From the UHGV virus genome UHGV-0088025: 33,289 nt of DNA; one strand, written 5' to 3'. Of the stretch, positions 1 to 11,333 are shown piece by piece (position 1 is the first letter of the stretch; every line of letters begins with the position of its first letter). This stretch comes from a virus. Made by a program: the position numbers and the translations under genes. Below the pieces are notes generated by a model. That model saw nothing but the letters and a program-made list of their open reading frames with translations. It ran no database searches and was not told where the DNA came from.

Positions 1-1318
1 CATAACGGGAATCAAAGTTACCGTAATCTGAGGGATTAACACGACCTGTAATATTTATGGTTTTATTACTTTGAATACTGCCGGAGACAAAGCGCATAAC
101 ATGGACGTTATTAGCATAAACATCCAGATACCCGTCGCCATTTTGTTTAAATCCCGTGTCATTATCACCCAAAACAATCGAGTTACCACCAAGAGCACTG
201 GATGTTCCGATGCCCAGTGCACCATTCAATTGACCGCCAGATAATGACAACGCCCCAACCTCAGCAGCAGTCGGTTTAATGTGCGAACTGTAAATTACAT
301 ATACAGTTCCATCTGTCAGGCCTGTTGGTTTATTCGCTGTATAAGTTGGTGATGTATGAATCGTTACACTGGCGTTACTGGTATAATCCCACTGAATATT
401 AACACCTGTGGCGTAATTACCTATTTCTACATAAATGTCATAGGTATCACCTGATGTATTCACCCATGCAAAATTAGTAAATCCAATCGAGGTCCGTCGC
501 CATAATGCACCAGTAATACCTTTTGGATTCCCATTTCCGGCACGCAGAACCAGCTCAGAGATGCCTGCTTGATGCGAGGAGCCAACGTTATACCCTGCGC
601 CACCAATCAGGCTTATGTAAACCACGGAACTGGCTTGTGGCATTGTTACAGTTGCCAGTTTGAACCATCCAGCACCACCACTAAAAGACATGGTTGTTGA
701 ATTTGTTGTGCCGATATTACGCAGGAATAGTTTTTTATCGGGAATATCTGCACCGTTCTGGTTTTTCTGTAATGCACCAGAAGCCTGATTTACCGTTTCC
801 TGTAAACCAAGGTTTTGGATAAACAGCGGCTTATTGGGAATATCTGCTCCGTTCCGGTCTTTTGCCAGACGGGCATTGGCATTATCCATCGCAATTTTCA
901 CCGCTTTTGCGGTGGCTGCCAGCGTTTCACTGGGGCTGTCAGTGGCACTGGTTAGCTGAACGAGGCCTTTTTTGTTCAGGCTGGCATCCCAGATATCCAG
1001 ATTTTCACGTGCTGTACGCTGTGCTGATGCCCCGGCAATTTTAATTTCGCTGAGGTTATTTTTTATCAGCAGCGCGTTATTGCTCATAATGGCTTTAATG
1101 GACAGTGCAAGCTGGTTTAATTTTGTTTTATCCGGTTGAATACCGGCTTCTTTCAGCGTGTTTAATAACTCCGCCTGCACAATATTAAACCAGTCCATGC
1201 CGGGCCATGTGATAGCATTATTCCCGTCACCTTCTGAAAACCAGCGAACGATAGCACTACGCTGGGCGGATACGGGCGGCATGACGGTTACGCCGCTGTC
1301 GTTATCAATATAAAACAT
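1..1318 (-). CDS. S: Tail fibre protein S, N-terminal constant part plus G-segment variable part; 3' end beyond window edge
   Basis: ATG at 1316-1318 overlapping the R stop (TAATG). Manual translation MFYIDNDSGVTVMPPVSAQRSAIVRWFSEGDGNNAITWPGMDWFNIVQAELL... is open to position 1; Gly/Ser/Asn-rich C-terminal fibre-like sequence; contains the gix site. Confidence 0.85.
   Translation of the reverse strand, partial: MFYIDNDSGVTVMPPVSAQRSAIVRWFSEGDGNNAITWPGMDWFNIVQAELLNTLKEAGIQPDKTKLNQLALSIKAIMSNNALLIKNNLSEIKIAGASAQRTARENLDIWDASLNKKGLVQLTSATDSPSETLAATAKAVKIAMDNANARLAKDRNGADIPNKPLFIQNLGLQETVNQASGALQKNQNGADIPDKKLFLRNIGTTNSTTMSFSGGAGWFKLATVTMPQASSVVYISLIGGAGYNVGSSHQAGISELVLRAGNGNPKGITGALWRRTSIGFTNFAWVNTSGDTYDIYVEIGNYATGVNIQWDYTSNASVTIHTSPTYTANKPTGLTDGTVYVIYSSHIKPTAAEVGALSLSGGQLNGALGIGTSSALGGNSIVLGDNDTGFKQNGDGYLDVYANNVHVMRFVSGSIQSNKTINITGRVNPSDYGNFDSRY
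797..822. other. gix: gix crossover site for Gin invertase (left boundary of invertible G segment)
   Basis: TTCCTGTAAACC-AA-GGTTTTGGATAA: imperfect 12-bp inverted half-sites around a 2-bp core, near-identical to Mu gix/Salmonella hix consensus as recalled; located inside the S reading frame as in Mu. Confidence 0.85.
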
Positions 1319-1860
1319 TAGTTATCTCCGTCATGGTAAACAAATTTATAAATCTGATGCGCGGGTTTATATTTCTCCAGTAAACATTCCAGCGCACCCG
1401 ATTCATAAACACGTAACGGCGTCAGAACATTATCCAGCACCGTTGCGTTGCGATAATTTTTAATACCGTAAATATTGACCTGCGTAACCCACTGGCCTTC
1501 TGTGGAATCCGTCAGCCTGACGGTAAAACCGTACTGCGCAGCCAGCCATTCATAAAAGCGCCGACTCAGATTGCCGGTCATACGCATTTTATTCGCGGCA
1601 GCCCGCCGGCGTTCGGACAGGGTGCCGTTTTCGCTGGTACAGTCCGGCAACCCCAGAAATGATTCCCACTCACCCAGATACCAGCGGGATGTGGACGGGA
1701 AACGCTCCCGCAGCATTTGCCGCGCATCATCCGCCGCAGTGGTAATCACGTCGCTGATGGCCTGCGCCAGCGCAGATAATTTGCTGTCGGGGCTTTTATT
1801 CCAGGCAAGCCCTGACGGCAGTAATTGCAGAAAGGCCGTCTGCCAGGGTGTTACAGCCAT
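1318..1860 (-). CDS. R: Baseplate/tail protein R (gp48-like)
   Basis: 180-aa ORF in the conserved position between W and S; stop overlaps S start. Confidence 0.75.
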   Translation of the reverse strand: MAVTPWQTAFLQLLPSGLAWNKSPDSKLSALAQAISDVITTAADDARQMLRERFPSTSRWYLGEWESFLGLPDCTSENGTLSERRRAAANKMRMTGNLSRRFYEWLAAQYGFTVRLTDSTEGQWVTQVNIYGIKNYRNATVLDNVLTPLRVYESGALECLLEKYKPAHQIYKFVYHDGDN

Positions 1861-2933
1861 TCAATTGTCCCCGGTGTTAACAGTTCCGTATTCTCCGAAC
1901 GCTGGATGTCTGTCGGGAAACGCACTTCAAAATCATCCAGACCGGTAACACCTGCCACCGCACGGATAATACGGGAGGGGGCAAGTGCACCGCCCGGCGT
2001 CACCTCATTAAAAAACATGGTATTAATGGCGTGAGTAATAGCCTGTTTCAGTTCGGCTGTCTTCGGCGATATATAAATCCGTGGATTTACCGGCTTTGCC
2101 TTTGGTGCAAATACCGTGACATTTACACCATCAGGCTGTCCGACAATCAGGCCGGTTATCGGGTCAGTATGACCGGCGATATAATCCGCCACGCGTTCCA
2201 CATCTGCCGGTTGTGGAAAAATATTGCTCCGGTTATCCATAACAAACGTCACCCCGACTGTGCCACCGCCTTTCCATGTCGGAAAAGACCAGGCACGGGT
2301 AACGCCGCTGACTTCACGTGCCCAGCGAACATAATCAAACTGATTACCGCCGAACGGAGGATACTGGACACGATATTCCAGCCGTGACAGCAGCTCCGCT
2401 GCACTCTCAATATCAGCTCCACCGGAAAACCCTTTTACAGTGATGGCATCGGAAACAACACTGGCAACCGGGGTGATCAACGTTAAAAGGGTATTCTCAC
2501 CGGTATTTCCTGCCTCACCGGCAGCCAGTGCGGTAACGGTAATTTCCGTCGTTCCTGCACGGTCAATCACAATGGCATCAGCCAGGCTGTAAACCACACC
2601 ATCAGCACGCTGCCAGCGTGTACCGGCAGGAATGGTGGTCGCTGCCGATGTGGTGACAGTCAGCGGGCCGCTGGCGGCTGTCGCCTGTTTGCGGCGCACG
2701 CCCCAGAACCGGCAGTGCTCCAGCAACTCATCTTCATCTGCTGTCGACGGGATAATCTGCCGTCCAACCCATGAAATATGCTCGTGAAAACCGGCAGCAA
2801 GGCCCGCCTGAGCATAAGCAATGGCACTCAGCGTTTTTTCACGGGCCTGAGGCCAGCTACCCGGCAGGCGCTGTTCAATATTCTGTTCTGTACGGGCAAT
2901 CAGCGATGATAATGTCGGTGGTGAATAAGCCAT
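1851..2933 (-). CDS. W: Baseplate wedge protein W (gp47-like, Baseplate_J family)
   Basis: 360-aa ORF, position and size match Mu W; overlaps R start by 10 nt. Confidence 0.8.
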   Translation of the reverse strand: MAYSPPTLSSLIARTEQNIEQRLPGSWPQAREKTLSAIAYAQAGLAAGFHEHISWVGRQIIPSTADEDELLEHCRFWGVRRKQATAASGPLTVTTSAATTIPAGTRWQRADGVVYSLADAIVIDRAGTTEITVTALAAGEAGNTGENTLLTLITPVASVVSDAITVKGFSGGADIESAAELLSRLEYRVQYPPFGGNQFDYVRWAREVSGVTRAWSFPTWKGGGTVGVTFVMDNRSNIFPQPADVERVADYIAGHTDPITGLIVGQPDGVNVTVFAPKAKPVNPRIYISPKTAELKQAITHAINTMFFNEVTPGGALAPSRIIRAVAGVTGLDDFEVRFPTDIQRSENTELLTPGTIEWL

Positions 2934-3371
2934 TTAAACCCCGTTAAATGCTGCTTTAAACTCATAAGGAATAACGGAACCATCCGGTAATGTCAGTGCA
3001 ATGTAGAGGTATAACCAGCCCTGATGTAACTGTTCCGCTCTGACGTTAATCGCACTCACCCGGCCCGCTGTTTTCAGCCATTCCAGCGCCTCTTCGGCAT
3101 ACCCTCTGGCGCGTTCCAGCGTATCCGGTGTGGCTTTTTCACGTGATAACAGCCACAACCGCGAACCGATGGGGCGGTCGCGGTAACTGTCACCCCACCA
3201 TCCACGGCGATCATCTGAACCATCCGGCAGCGTGTCAGAATCCAGCGCGCGCCGGTCGGTAAACAGGGAGATTGTCACATCGGTCGTCAGACTGTCGTCG
3301 GTCAGCATATCAATGCCATCCTGTGCAATATCGCCGCGTCCGTTCGTCCAGATAATGGCTAAATCGGTCAT
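2934..3371 (-). CDS. V: Baseplate protein V (gp46-like)
   Basis: 145-aa ORF directly abutting W, in Mu gene order. Confidence 0.75.
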   Translation of the reverse strand: MTDLAIIWTNGRGDIAQDGIDMLTDDSLTTDVTISLFTDRRALDSDTLPDGSDDRRGWWGDSYRDRPIGSRLWLLSREKATPDTLERARGYAEEALEWLKTAGRVSAINVRAEQLHQGWLYLYIALTLPDGSVIPYEFKAAFNGV

Positions 3372-3961
3372 TGCATCGGCCCTGTGGTTCCGCCGCTGTC
3401 GCCACGGTGGATATGCTTATCCGTCGATTTGCCATTGATGATGGCATCCGGGGCAGTAATATTGCTGTCGAACTGGCTTTTACCTTTAACGCCCAGACCT
3501 TTCTGGATCTCAACGTCGCCGGTAAACGTGGTTCTGGGTGTATCAACGGTCATGCTTTCATCAGCGTAAATCTCAACCGTTTTACAGGTAATGATGCAGC
3601 GCCCGTCCTTTGTCAGCCTGATACGATGCCCCTCGTGGTGGTAAATGCCTGCATCACCCGGTTCAAGATTTGTCGGGCGGTAGCGGCGGTCTTCCACCAC
3701 AACGGCAATCCCCTGATCACGTTGTGCACCCACACAGGCAATCAGCGCCTCTGCGCCCGGCAGAGGAACGCTGAAATGCCCGTAATTTTGCAGGCGCTCC
3801 ACTTCATCAGATTCCTCATCATCCAGCAGACCGACCTGCAGGTTCTGAACCTTTCGCCCGTCGTTAATCACGTTAACAACGGCACGCGCAAGCATCAGAC
3901 GCACACGACGCATCAGCGGTGTCAGCAGGCGGTTCATGGCGGAATCATTTACTCTTTCCAC
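3368..3961 (-). CDS. Q: Baseplate spike/assembly protein Q (gp45-like, phage baseplate V family)
   Basis: 197-aa ORF; 4-nt overlap with the downstream gene; position matches Mu Q. Confidence 0.8.
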   Translation of the reverse strand: MERVNDSAMNRLLTPLMRRVRLMLARAVVNVINDGRKVQNLQVGLLDDEESDEVERLQNYGHFSVPLPGAEALIACVGAQRDQGIAVVVEDRRYRPTNLEPGDAGIYHHEGHRIRLTKDGRCIITCKTVEIYADESMTVDTPRTTFTGDVEIQKGLGVKGKSQFDSNITAPDAIINGKSTDKHIHRGDSGGTTGPMQ

Positions 3962-5082
3962 GGCGGCGTTTTCTCCGGGTGTCTGCGATAATAATCTTCA
4001 ACCAGCGCATCAACGCCATCATTACCATCCCCTCTGGATTTGCGGTCGCTTTCAACCGGCACCAGAAAGCCTTCGCGTGGTGCAAGGCTGACGCGGGTTT
4101 TCAGCCCGTCCTGGTCATTCAGTATCAGGGTGACTTTGCTGACCAGTAATTCCGTGGTTTTGATGGCATATTTCGAGGCATCAATAGTGACCAGCAGGTT
4201 TGGCATCCAGAGTTGCCCGTCCTTGCGAGTCCATCCGTCAATTTCAGCCTCAAAGGTGATGGATTTTGCCAGTCTGCGGCGTTGCTCACGCAGGGCGCGG
4301 GCCTGTGCATCCTTCGCCGTAATTTTGCTGTCGGCAATGATGATCATCGGTCTGTAACGGGTTACATCACTGTCAGTGGCGGTCCCTTTCCGGGAGACGA
4401 TACTTTTCGCATCAATATCATCACCCTCAGCGCCGTTTGCGCGGGCATAACCCTTGACAATGTATTCGCTGAACCGGTCACGGAAATCTTCGTCAAAATC
4501 CACCGTCAGCAGATTTTTCCCGAGGATCAGCTCATCAGTGACCGTACTGGCAGCCCGGCTGAATACCAGCTCTCCGGCGGCATTGCTGGTCATCAGTACA
4601 CCACGTGCGCGGGAGGCCCGCACCAGCGCTTCGTAAACCGTTTCTGAATGGTCAAGCGTAAAAGACGGAAACGACGCTGCGCTTTCCTTGTCTGACAGCT
4701 CCCAGCGAACGGTAACGCCATAAGGGGCGCACAGGTCACGCGCAATCTGCTCCAGTGTGCGGTTTTTCCACTGTCCGCCACTGTAAACGGCAGCACAGTC
4801 AATCAGGTCAGCCGTTTTGTCACGTCCGGCGACAGTGATTTTCATACTGTCAGCGGTCATCTGGCGTCGCCGTGAATCGATATAACCGGTGCAGACAATC
4901 TGCCCCCCGATTTCGAGCGTGAACTTCTTCCCCGGAGCCAGCCCGGATAAATCCGTGCCCGGTGGCACGTTCACCCCCAGCTCAAAATATCCGGCTACGG
5001 ATTCAATCGAGCGGGTGACAGAGACTGACGTCCAGCCGGTAAAAAGCCTGCCATCCGTTCGCAGCGTGACGGTATTACTCAT
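3949..5082 (-). CDS. P: Tail/baseplate hub protein P (gp44-like, late-control-D family)
   Basis: 377-aa ORF; size and position match Mu P (379 aa as recalled). Confidence 0.8.
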   Translation of the reverse strand: MSNTVTLRTDGRLFTGWTSVSVTRSIESVAGYFELGVNVPPGTDLSGLAPGKKFTLEIGGQIVCTGYIDSRRRQMTADSMKITVAGRDKTADLIDCAAVYSGGQWKNRTLEQIARDLCAPYGVTVRWELSDKESAASFPSFTLDHSETVYEALVRASRARGVLMTSNAAGELVFSRAASTVTDELILGKNLLTVDFDEDFRDRFSEYIVKGYARANGAEGDDIDAKSIVSRKGTATDSDVTRYRPMIIIADSKITAKDAQARALREQRRRLAKSITFEAEIDGWTRKDGQLWMPNLLVTIDASKYAIKTTELLVSKVTLILNDQDGLKTRVSLAPREGFLVPVESDRKSRGDGNDGVDALVEDYYRRHPEKTPPWKE

Positions 5083-6562
5083 TAATCACCTCAATACTGA
5101 CACCACCGGGAACAAACAACGGGTTGCTGATACCGTTCCTGCGGGCCAGCCGTTGCCAGTTCCGGCTGTTTCCTGTGTAACGGTACAGGGCCACCATTGC
5201 AGGCATCGTCTCCGGCAGACGGTGCGTTTCACTACCCGCCAGTTGCAGCCCGCGTTTTTCCAGGTCGGCAACAACCAGCAGACGCAGTTGCGTAAGCTGA
5301 ACGCTGTCTGTCGAAAAGCCCTGCTCAGATGCCGTCAGAATGACGGTATCCAGCGCAGCCCCCAGCATGGCGGCTGTTTTTCCGATATCGGACACACTTT
5401 CAAATACCGGGGGCGTGGCTGTACCACTGTCTGAAAAGGATACCTGTGAAAAGCCGCCGTCCGGGGTTATGGCAGTTAACTGTAACTGTCCCTGTGTGAC
5501 GGTAGCAGATGTGCTGCTGGCCCCGCTGGCTGTGCCGGTTGTGGTGGACGGGGCATCCAGTACAGGTGCACGGGCGGCATTATCCATCCGGCGACTGAAA
5601 TCCAGTGCCGCAGTCAGTGCCTGGCTGGCAGCTTCTGCCCGGTATGTCTGCGCCGCTGCCAGCATGACGTAGTTCAGTGTGGCAATATTTTTTTCTGCAA
5701 CCGGACTGTTGTACGAGGTTGTGATTGCCCCCTGTCTGCCTGCGGTGGCGGCATGGCGACGTTCGAACCGCTGCGCCAGACGGTTCCAGGTGGAAAATGC
5801 TGTCCGGGTATCGCATAACGATGAAACGCCGGACAGCGCCCCCATCAGCGAGGAGGCCAGCATGGCAGGCTGGTTAATCAGGCCGGTCACAGAGCCTTTC
5901 ATCGCAGAAAGCGATCCCATCAGACCGCTGACAGTCTGCGTAACCCCCAGATTGTCCACCGCATCACTGATATCATCGATGACACCGGTTACAGCTTCCA
6001 TCACGGCGGTTGCCGCCGCAGTGCCATCTTTTACGGTCTGCCAGACAGAGGACAGCGTATCTCCCAGAGAACCGGTTACAGCAACGGACTGTGCCGGTAC
6101 GGCTACACTGGTGTCTGTCTCTGCGTCCGGGGCAGTATCCTGCAACGACGGATAAACGGTAACGGTGAACGCGTAATAATTCAGTTCATCCGCTTTAGTG
6201 CGGCATTCCCATGAATCCACCATGACGGCCACAGTGCCGAAATCAGGATGTACCAGCTCACCGCTACCCGGAGCATCAAGAGCATCCATCAGCGCACCCG
6301 CTTCATCTCTGGCAGTCTCTGCGTTGCTGTTCAGAATGCAGATGCTGAATGTGCGGGAGCGAAGCTTTTTCCCCAGGTCGTTGACACCGCCGGTATCACG
6401 TAACGGGTACTCACGTTTAACCAGACGACGTCCGCCAGCCTGTTTTTGCTCCTCGATGACGAGAAACGGCACGTTACGGAACGTGCCTTTGCCGGTTGTT
6501 TTCCTGCCTCCACCGGTTTTATCCCGGACAGCATTAACGGCATTTAAAGCATCTTCAAACAT
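5075..6562 (-). CDS. N: DNA circularization protein N (gp43-like)
   Basis: 495-aa ORF between tape measure and P; N-terminus [12 protein letters not shown]...; size matches Mu N (~491 aa). Confidence 0.85.
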   Translation of the reverse strand: MFEDALNAVNAVRDKTGGGRKTTGKGTFRNVPFLVIEEQKQAGGRRLVKREYPLRDTGGVNDLGKKLRSRTFSICILNSNAETARDEAGALMDALDAPGSGELVHPDFGTVAVMVDSWECRTKADELNYYAFTVTVYPSLQDTAPDAETDTSVAVPAQSVAVTGSLGDTLSSVWQTVKDGTAAATAVMEAVTGVIDDISDAVDNLGVTQTVSGLMGSLSAMKGSVTGLINQPAMLASSLMGALSGVSSLCDTRTAFSTWNRLAQRFERRHAATAGRQGAITTSYNSPVAEKNIATLNYVMLAAAQTYRAEAASQALTAALDFSRRMDNAARAPVLDAPSTTTGTASGASSTSATVTQGQLQLTAITPDGGFSQVSFSDSGTATPPVFESVSDIGKTAAMLGAALDTVILTASEQGFSTDSVQLTQLRLLVVADLEKRGLQLAGSETHRLPETMPAMVALYRYTGNSRNWQRLARRNGISNPLFVPGGVSIEVINE

Positions 6563-6566
6563 GGTT

Positions 6567-8642
6567 TTACCAGCCTGTAATGTAGTTATCGCCCGCGTAA
6601 ATATTCAGCCCCATACCATCCTCGGTGACGCGGGAACTGGTCAGACGTAACCCCTCGCCAAGTTCGACGCGCAGCGAGGCTTCCGCATTCACTTTTTGCT
6701 CCTGCGGTTCCTTATCCGTGGCCGTCCACTTCTGATACAGGTCGGTTACAAAACCGCCCAGATACTCCCCGGCGACACTGCCCAGCGTGGCACCGGCAAC
6801 CGTACCCAGCGGTCCGGCAAGGCTGCCAACGGCACCGCCGAGCCATGCACCGGCTGTACTGCCAATTGCGCCTGCTTTTTCATGGGTTGACGCCTGCTCA
6901 TCCATCAGGACGGGGGCAAGCTGGAGTGCCCCCATTACCGGGCCACCCAGACGTGACAACGCACGCCCCGCGCCTTTCCCCATCCAGCCCAGCGCCCCGG
7001 CACCTTTTGTCACAACCCGACCGATCGCACTGCCTGCAAGTTTGTTTCCGATACCGGAAAACCACCCGCCAGCGGCACGCCCGGCATCAGCCAGCTTTCC
7101 GACCGCTCCCGTAACCAGTTGCCCGGCAGCACTGCCTGCAAGCCTGCTCAGAAGACCGGATTTACCGGGTAAAGGTAATGGTGCAGGCCGTGCCGTTACC
7201 GGTACGCCGGGTGGGGGTAATGCCAGAACAGGGCGTGGTGCAGGTAATGCCAGCGGCTGTGGCCCGGACAGCAATAACGGCTGGCGGGGTAACAGGGGCG
7301 TCATGCCTTTGCCTTTCCGGGTGCGACCACCACGGCCACCGCTTCCGTAACCGCCGAACCCGTGAGGCCAGTTAGTGACAAACACACGCTGAATGCCGAT
7401 ACCCTGCAACAGCGTCTCAGACGTCATGGCATCCGGGACCGGCAGACCTGCCTGCCCACGTTTGCGGTTTCGCATCCAGCGCCACATACGACGCCCGGTT
7501 TTAAACGGATAACTGGCAACCTGCCATGAGGGTTTTGCCACGGCCCAGCCTGCTCTCAGGGCTTTATTGGCAAGCCAGACAGACACCAGAACAGCAGCCA
7601 GTTTTTTCAGGCTGACAATATTCTGGTCAACCCATGCCAGCGCATCTTTACCCGGTTTCAGCCAGCGCCATAATTCCTGCGCCGCGATTTTTACCTTTCT
7701 GAACGTGGTCAGGAATTTCTGACCAATGTTTTCTGCCAGTGCGTCCAGCTCCCCGGATTTATCCGCCGCATCGTGCCAGTTAAGCACCCGGCGCATCTCG
7801 TTCTTGATTTCTTCAAAGGGGCCGCTGTTTGCCACCTTCGTGCGAAACTCAAGCAGGTTGCCCTCCATCTGGGCCATCATCCCGTCCCAGGAGTTCATGG
7901 CAGCCGCCTGTGCGCCTTCTGACTGCTCCAGCAGGGTCCGGAATACCGTCAGAATGGCTTTCTTGCCCAGCTTGCCTTTTTCACCCAGCTTACGGATTTT
8001 TTTCTCATCCTTACCCGTTGCATCTGCCAGCACCTTGTAAACGTTGATACCGTAACCGGTCAGCAGGTTGGCGTCCGCCGCCGTGATTTGCTGGCGGGCA
8101 AACATCTGTTTGAACTGTAACGAAGCCCCCTGCGCGGTGGGTAAATCCCAGCCATGCATCGCGCCCTGATTCTGTAGCATGGTGATGAACTGTTTTACCT
8201 GGGCGTCAGTCATGCCAAACGCCGTTGATGTGCGGATTTCCTGCAGAACGCCGCCCAGCCCCCAGGTGGTTTCTTTTGCGTTCTGCTTCGCCCACGCCAT
8301 CATGGCCTGTGCTCTGGCCTTATCGCCGTGATACAGCGAGTTCATGGCGATAATCTGCTGCTCACGCTGGGCGGCGGCACCAATAAACAGTTTATTGGCG
8401 GTGTAACCCACGCCAGCGATACCCAGCGCCCCGGCTGACAGCATTCGGAATGTACGGGTTGACAGTGAACCCATTCTGTCAATGGCACCAGAAACGCGCA
8501 CAACCTCCATACGCAGGGCACGAAGGGAACTTTGTCCGCTACGGGACAGGGCGTTTATCTGGTTCGAATACTCGCGGGAACGCCGGGAAAGATTGCCATT
8601 AAGATCAATAATGACAGACGCCTTTAAGCGTTTCCCGGTCAT
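6567..8642 (-). CDS. Tail tape measure protein (gp42-like)
   Basis: 691-aa ORF with Gly/Ala-rich and Pro-rich low-complexity tracts typical of tape measure proteins; lies between chaperone-like gp41 and N. Confidence 0.85.
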   Translation of the reverse strand: MTGKRLKASVIIDLNGNLSRRSREYSNQINALSRSGQSSLRALRMEVVRVSGAIDRMGSLSTRTFRMLSAGALGIAGVGYTANKLFIGAAAQREQQIIAMNSLYHGDKARAQAMMAWAKQNAKETTWGLGGVLQEIRTSTAFGMTDAQVKQFITMLQNQGAMHGWDLPTAQGASLQFKQMFARQQITAADANLLTGYGINVYKVLADATGKDEKKIRKLGEKGKLGKKAILTVFRTLLEQSEGAQAAAMNSWDGMMAQMEGNLLEFRTKVANSGPFEEIKNEMRRVLNWHDAADKSGELDALAENIGQKFLTTFRKVKIAAQELWRWLKPGKDALAWVDQNIVSLKKLAAVLVSVWLANKALRAGWAVAKPSWQVASYPFKTGRRMWRWMRNRKRGQAGLPVPDAMTSETLLQGIGIQRVFVTNWPHGFGGYGSGGRGGRTRKGKGMTPLLPRQPLLLSGPQPLALPAPRPVLALPPPGVPVTARPAPLPLPGKSGLLSRLAGSAAGQLVTGAVGKLADAGRAAGGWFSGIGNKLAGSAIGRVVTKGAGALGWMGKGAGRALSRLGGPVMGALQLAPVLMDEQASTHEKAGAIGSTAGAWLGGAVGSLAGPLGTVAGATLGSVAGEYLGGFVTDLYQKWTATDKEPQEQKVNAEASLRVELGEGLRLTSSRVTEDGMGLNIYAGDNYITGW

Positions 8643-8786
8643 AGAGATTTCCTGATTTAACGGTGATATTGAGAGAGGGTTTTAGCCTGCTGGCAGTGCC
8701 GGAAAAAGCGGGACAGCGGGAGAGACAAGGCCCATTCCGGGCCACTTTTCAGAATAACGCCAATCGCTGTCGCCGCTTTCTCAATA

Positions 8787-9221
8787 TCATTCCGGCACCG
8801 CAGCCACTCGCCCCCGTTCTTGCGTCAGCGATGCCGCCACAGCCATGTCGTGCATCTCTGTGGCCAGCGACAGACGCTGGAAGTCATCGACGGACAGCTT
8901 GCGCATCAGCGCCAGCGATAACGGGCCTTTGATGCAGCCCACGCTGGCAATCTGTCGGCGCAGCATTTCCAGTCCCATCCGGGACGGGGAACTGACCAGC
9001 ACCGGGCCTTCCTTGCTCATTACCAGCTTTTCAGCCGCCGCCTGGGCATCAATCAGATCGCCTGCGGTCAGTTCACGCAGTGTCACGTCATACTGCATTT
9101 CAGTCTCGTCACCGGTGCCGAACGCCAGGCCGTCTTTCAGTTTCAGGCCACCGGACTGAAGCTCAGCCACAATACTGTCACGCAGTTCCTGTGCTTCAGG
9201 ACTTAAATTCATTTCGTCCAT
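8787..9221 (-). CDS. Tail assembly chaperone-like protein (gp41-like)
   Basis: 144-aa acidic ORF immediately downstream of tube gene M and upstream of the tape measure gene. Confidence 0.7.
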   Translation of the reverse strand: MDEMNLSPEAQELRDSIVAELQSGGLKLKDGLAFGTGDETEMQYDVTLRELTAGDLIDAQAAAEKLVMSKEGPVLVSSPSRMGLEMLRRQIASVGCIKGPLSLALMRKLSVDDFQRLSLATEMHDMAVAASLTQERGRVAAVPE

Positions 9222-9230
9222 TGTTTCCCC

Positions 9231-9587
9231 TTATGCAATGCGTTTGCTTTTTTTTGCCGTCAGTACCAGCGAAATTTCGCCGCCGTCGTTTTTCGGTTCA
9301 TCCGCCTGCCAGGCATTCGCCAGCATCCAGGTTTCACCGGTATCAGCCTGGAATTCGACGGTGATGTTTTCCCAGTCGATAATTTCATCCAGCCCGATGG
9401 GACCGCCCCCCGGAATTTTGCATTCCACTTTTGCGGCACGTGGTTTACCTTTCCAGCCATAAACCCGCGAGCCGGTCACTTCTTCACGGGTGGTGCCGGA
9501 AGGCGTGAAGGAGGCACCTTCCATTGATTCAAGCTCCATGCCATTGACACGGATGAACGCCACCCCCTGACGCTGATTTCCAGCCAT
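9231..9587 (-). CDS. M: Tail tube protein M (gp40-like)
   Basis: 118-aa ORF directly after the sheath gene; size matches Mu M. Confidence 0.85.
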   Translation of the reverse strand: MAGNQRQGVAFIRVNGMELESMEGASFTPSGTTREEVTGSRVYGWKGKPRAAKVECKIPGGGPIGLDEIIDWENITVEFQADTGETWMLANAWQADEPKNDGGEISLVLTAKKSKRIA

Positions 9588-9596
9588 AAATGCTCC

Positions 9597-11096
9597 TTAC
9601 AGAATGAACTGAACTTGTGCCGCGAAAATGCGGAACTGGTTAATCAGATTCGGGCCGCACAGCACATCAAGACGGTCTTTGTCGTCCTTGTTACGTGCCA
9701 CATACAGCTCCTCTTTGAACGTGTCGAAATCCTCGACCAGTCCGGCGTTTTCCCATTCTTCAAACAGTGCCAGCAGCTCCGTTTTGATCACGGATGGCGT
9801 CACCACGGCCTGACCGGTGGCAAAGCGGGTGCCATCACTTGCCAGCTTGTGGTTCGGGAATTTCTGCGTGATGCGGGTTCGCAGCGAATAACGCAGATAA
9901 CTCAGCGTGGCGATGGTATTCACGTTCAGATAAGACGGATCGCTGTCACCGTACTTGTTCGTGCGGTACATCGTGATCATGCGTTCAATCTGCATTTCAC
10001 CACCATCATTCACGTTAAACGTGGAGATGCCGTCAAACAGCAGCGCATTACGTTCTGACCAGGTGAAACGATCCCCCACCGCAGGCGGCATTCTTCCGGG
10101 CAACGTCAGCGTCTGGAGTGGACGCGCCGGGTCGATGGAAAGCGCCTGGCTGGCAACGGCACACAGGGTGGCGGCGTACAGATATGACGGTTCCGGTGCA
10201 CCGGCAATCCCCATACAGGAAATCAGATGGTCATTACGTCTGACACCAAACGTGGAAATATCCCCATACGTGCCGGACAGCACTGTCACGGCAAAGCCAT
10301 CAGCCTGACTGACCGGTCCCCAGCGTTCCTGCAATTCAGTGCGTAACAGATTCAGGTTCGGTTCATCGGTATAGGGCATCACAATATATTTGTATTGCAG
10401 ATCGCCCATTCCCGCGATACTTGCGCTGATATCCGGGTTGATGTATTTCCGGGATTCGGCTTTGAATGCCGTGATAATCCCGTAAGGGGTGGTTTCACCC
10501 GCGTAATAGTTCCAGCGCACATCCACGGCAGATAATGCACCCGTAAATTTTGCAGTCAGAACTATATCTGTAGCGCCGGCATCATCCGGCGTGGTTGAGA
10601 GCAATACTGCCTTCACCGGCAAATCAGGATGACCGTTGATTCGGTCAGTCAGCAGGCCAGCCAGCTTCGATCCCTTGGTACCTGCTGCGACGGATACCGC
10701 CAGTCGCTGACCGGCAATGTAAGTCACAAGCGAGCCGTTTTCGGTTGCCGTTCCTGACAGTGTGATTAAACCGACAGTAGTTTTAGAGATAGTATTACCG
10801 GGGTTTTTCGCCTGCGGAATACACCACAGCTCCGCCACGCGGTTAGCTTTCAGGAATGCATCTGCCATCAGTGCCAGCATGGAACCCTGACCAAACGCCG
10901 CACTGGCCTGTGAGCCGGAACGGATACGGACAGGCACGTCTGGTGCCGCACTGGCCCCCTTATTGCTTTGCCCGAACATCAGCACGCGCTGACGGGGGGC
11001 CGGTGTTCCGCTGACGGCATTACTGTTATCAAATTCGATATACGCCAGAGGAACGCGAACATCTGGCGGGATCGCGTTAAATGAAATATCGCTCAT
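9597..11096 (-). CDS. L: Contractile tail sheath protein L (gp39-like)
   Basis: 499-aa [28 protein letters not shown]... sheath-like; followed by the tube gene. Confidence 0.9.
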   Translation of the reverse strand: MSDISFNAIPPDVRVPLAYIEFDNSNAVSGTPAPRQRVLMFGQSNKGASAAPDVPVRIRSGSQASAAFGQGSMLALMADAFLKANRVAELWCIPQAKNPGNTISKTTVGLITLSGTATENGSLVTYIAGQRLAVSVAAGTKGSKLAGLLTDRINGHPDLPVKAVLLSTTPDDAGATDIVLTAKFTGALSAVDVRWNYYAGETTPYGIITAFKAESRKYINPDISASIAGMGDLQYKYIVMPYTDEPNLNLLRTELQERWGPVSQADGFAVTVLSGTYGDISTFGVRRNDHLISCMGIAGAPEPSYLYAATLCAVASQALSIDPARPLQTLTLPGRMPPAVGDRFTWSERNALLFDGISTFNVNDGGEMQIERMITMYRTNKYGDSDPSYLNVNTIATLSYLRYSLRTRITQKFPNHKLASDGTRFATGQAVVTPSVIKTELLALFEEWENAGLVEDFDTFKEELYVARNKDDKDRLDVLCGPNLINQFRIFAAQVQFIL

Positions 11097-11102
11097 TTCG
11101 AT

Positions 11103-11333
11103 TTACTCCGTTTTTTTCAGCGCAGCGTCGGTATCATCCGCCGTGTTTTCGGTGCTCCCGACTTCAACCACATCAGTGTTTTCGGTGCTCCCGACTTCAA
11201 CCACATCACCGGCTACAAGGCGACGTATCCAGAAACTGTTACGGGGCTTTTCTTCTCCCTCAGGCGCCAGTAATTCCATCGTGAGCGGGTCACGGATGGT
11301 TTTTCCCTCTGCGGGTTTAATTTTCAGCATCAT
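11103..11333 (-). CDS. Small virion-associated protein (gp38-like) carrying an in-frame 11-aa tandem duplication
   Basis: 76-aa ORF upstream of the sheath gene; contains DVVEVGSTENT-DVVEVGSTENT encoded by a perfect 2x33-bp repeat. Confidence 0.7.
   Translation of the reverse strand: MMLKIKPAEGKTIRDPLTMELLAPEGEEKPRNSFWIRRLVAGDVVEVGSTENTDVVEVGSTENTADDTDAALKKTE
11143..11208. repeat. Perfect tandem direct repeat, 2 x 33 bp (GTGTTTTCGGTGCTCCCGACTTCAACCACATCA)
   Basis: Units 11143-11175 and 11176-11208 are identical on direct reading; in frame within the gp38-like CDS. Confidence 0.95.

Noticed and set aside
862-1044. 60-aa + strand ORF inside tail-fibre gene S
   Set aside because: Antisense to a continuous, fibre-like - strand reading frame; Trp/His-rich junk composition.
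3371-3991. 206-aa + strand ORF antisense to baseplate gene Q
   Set aside because: Shadow ORF fully overlapping a conserved - strand gene; no ribosome-binding site context; junk-like composition.
8663-8932. 89-aa + strand ORF in the chaperone/tape-measure junction
   Set aside because: Mostly antisense to gp41; the gap is better explained as non-coding or by the alternate - strand frame.
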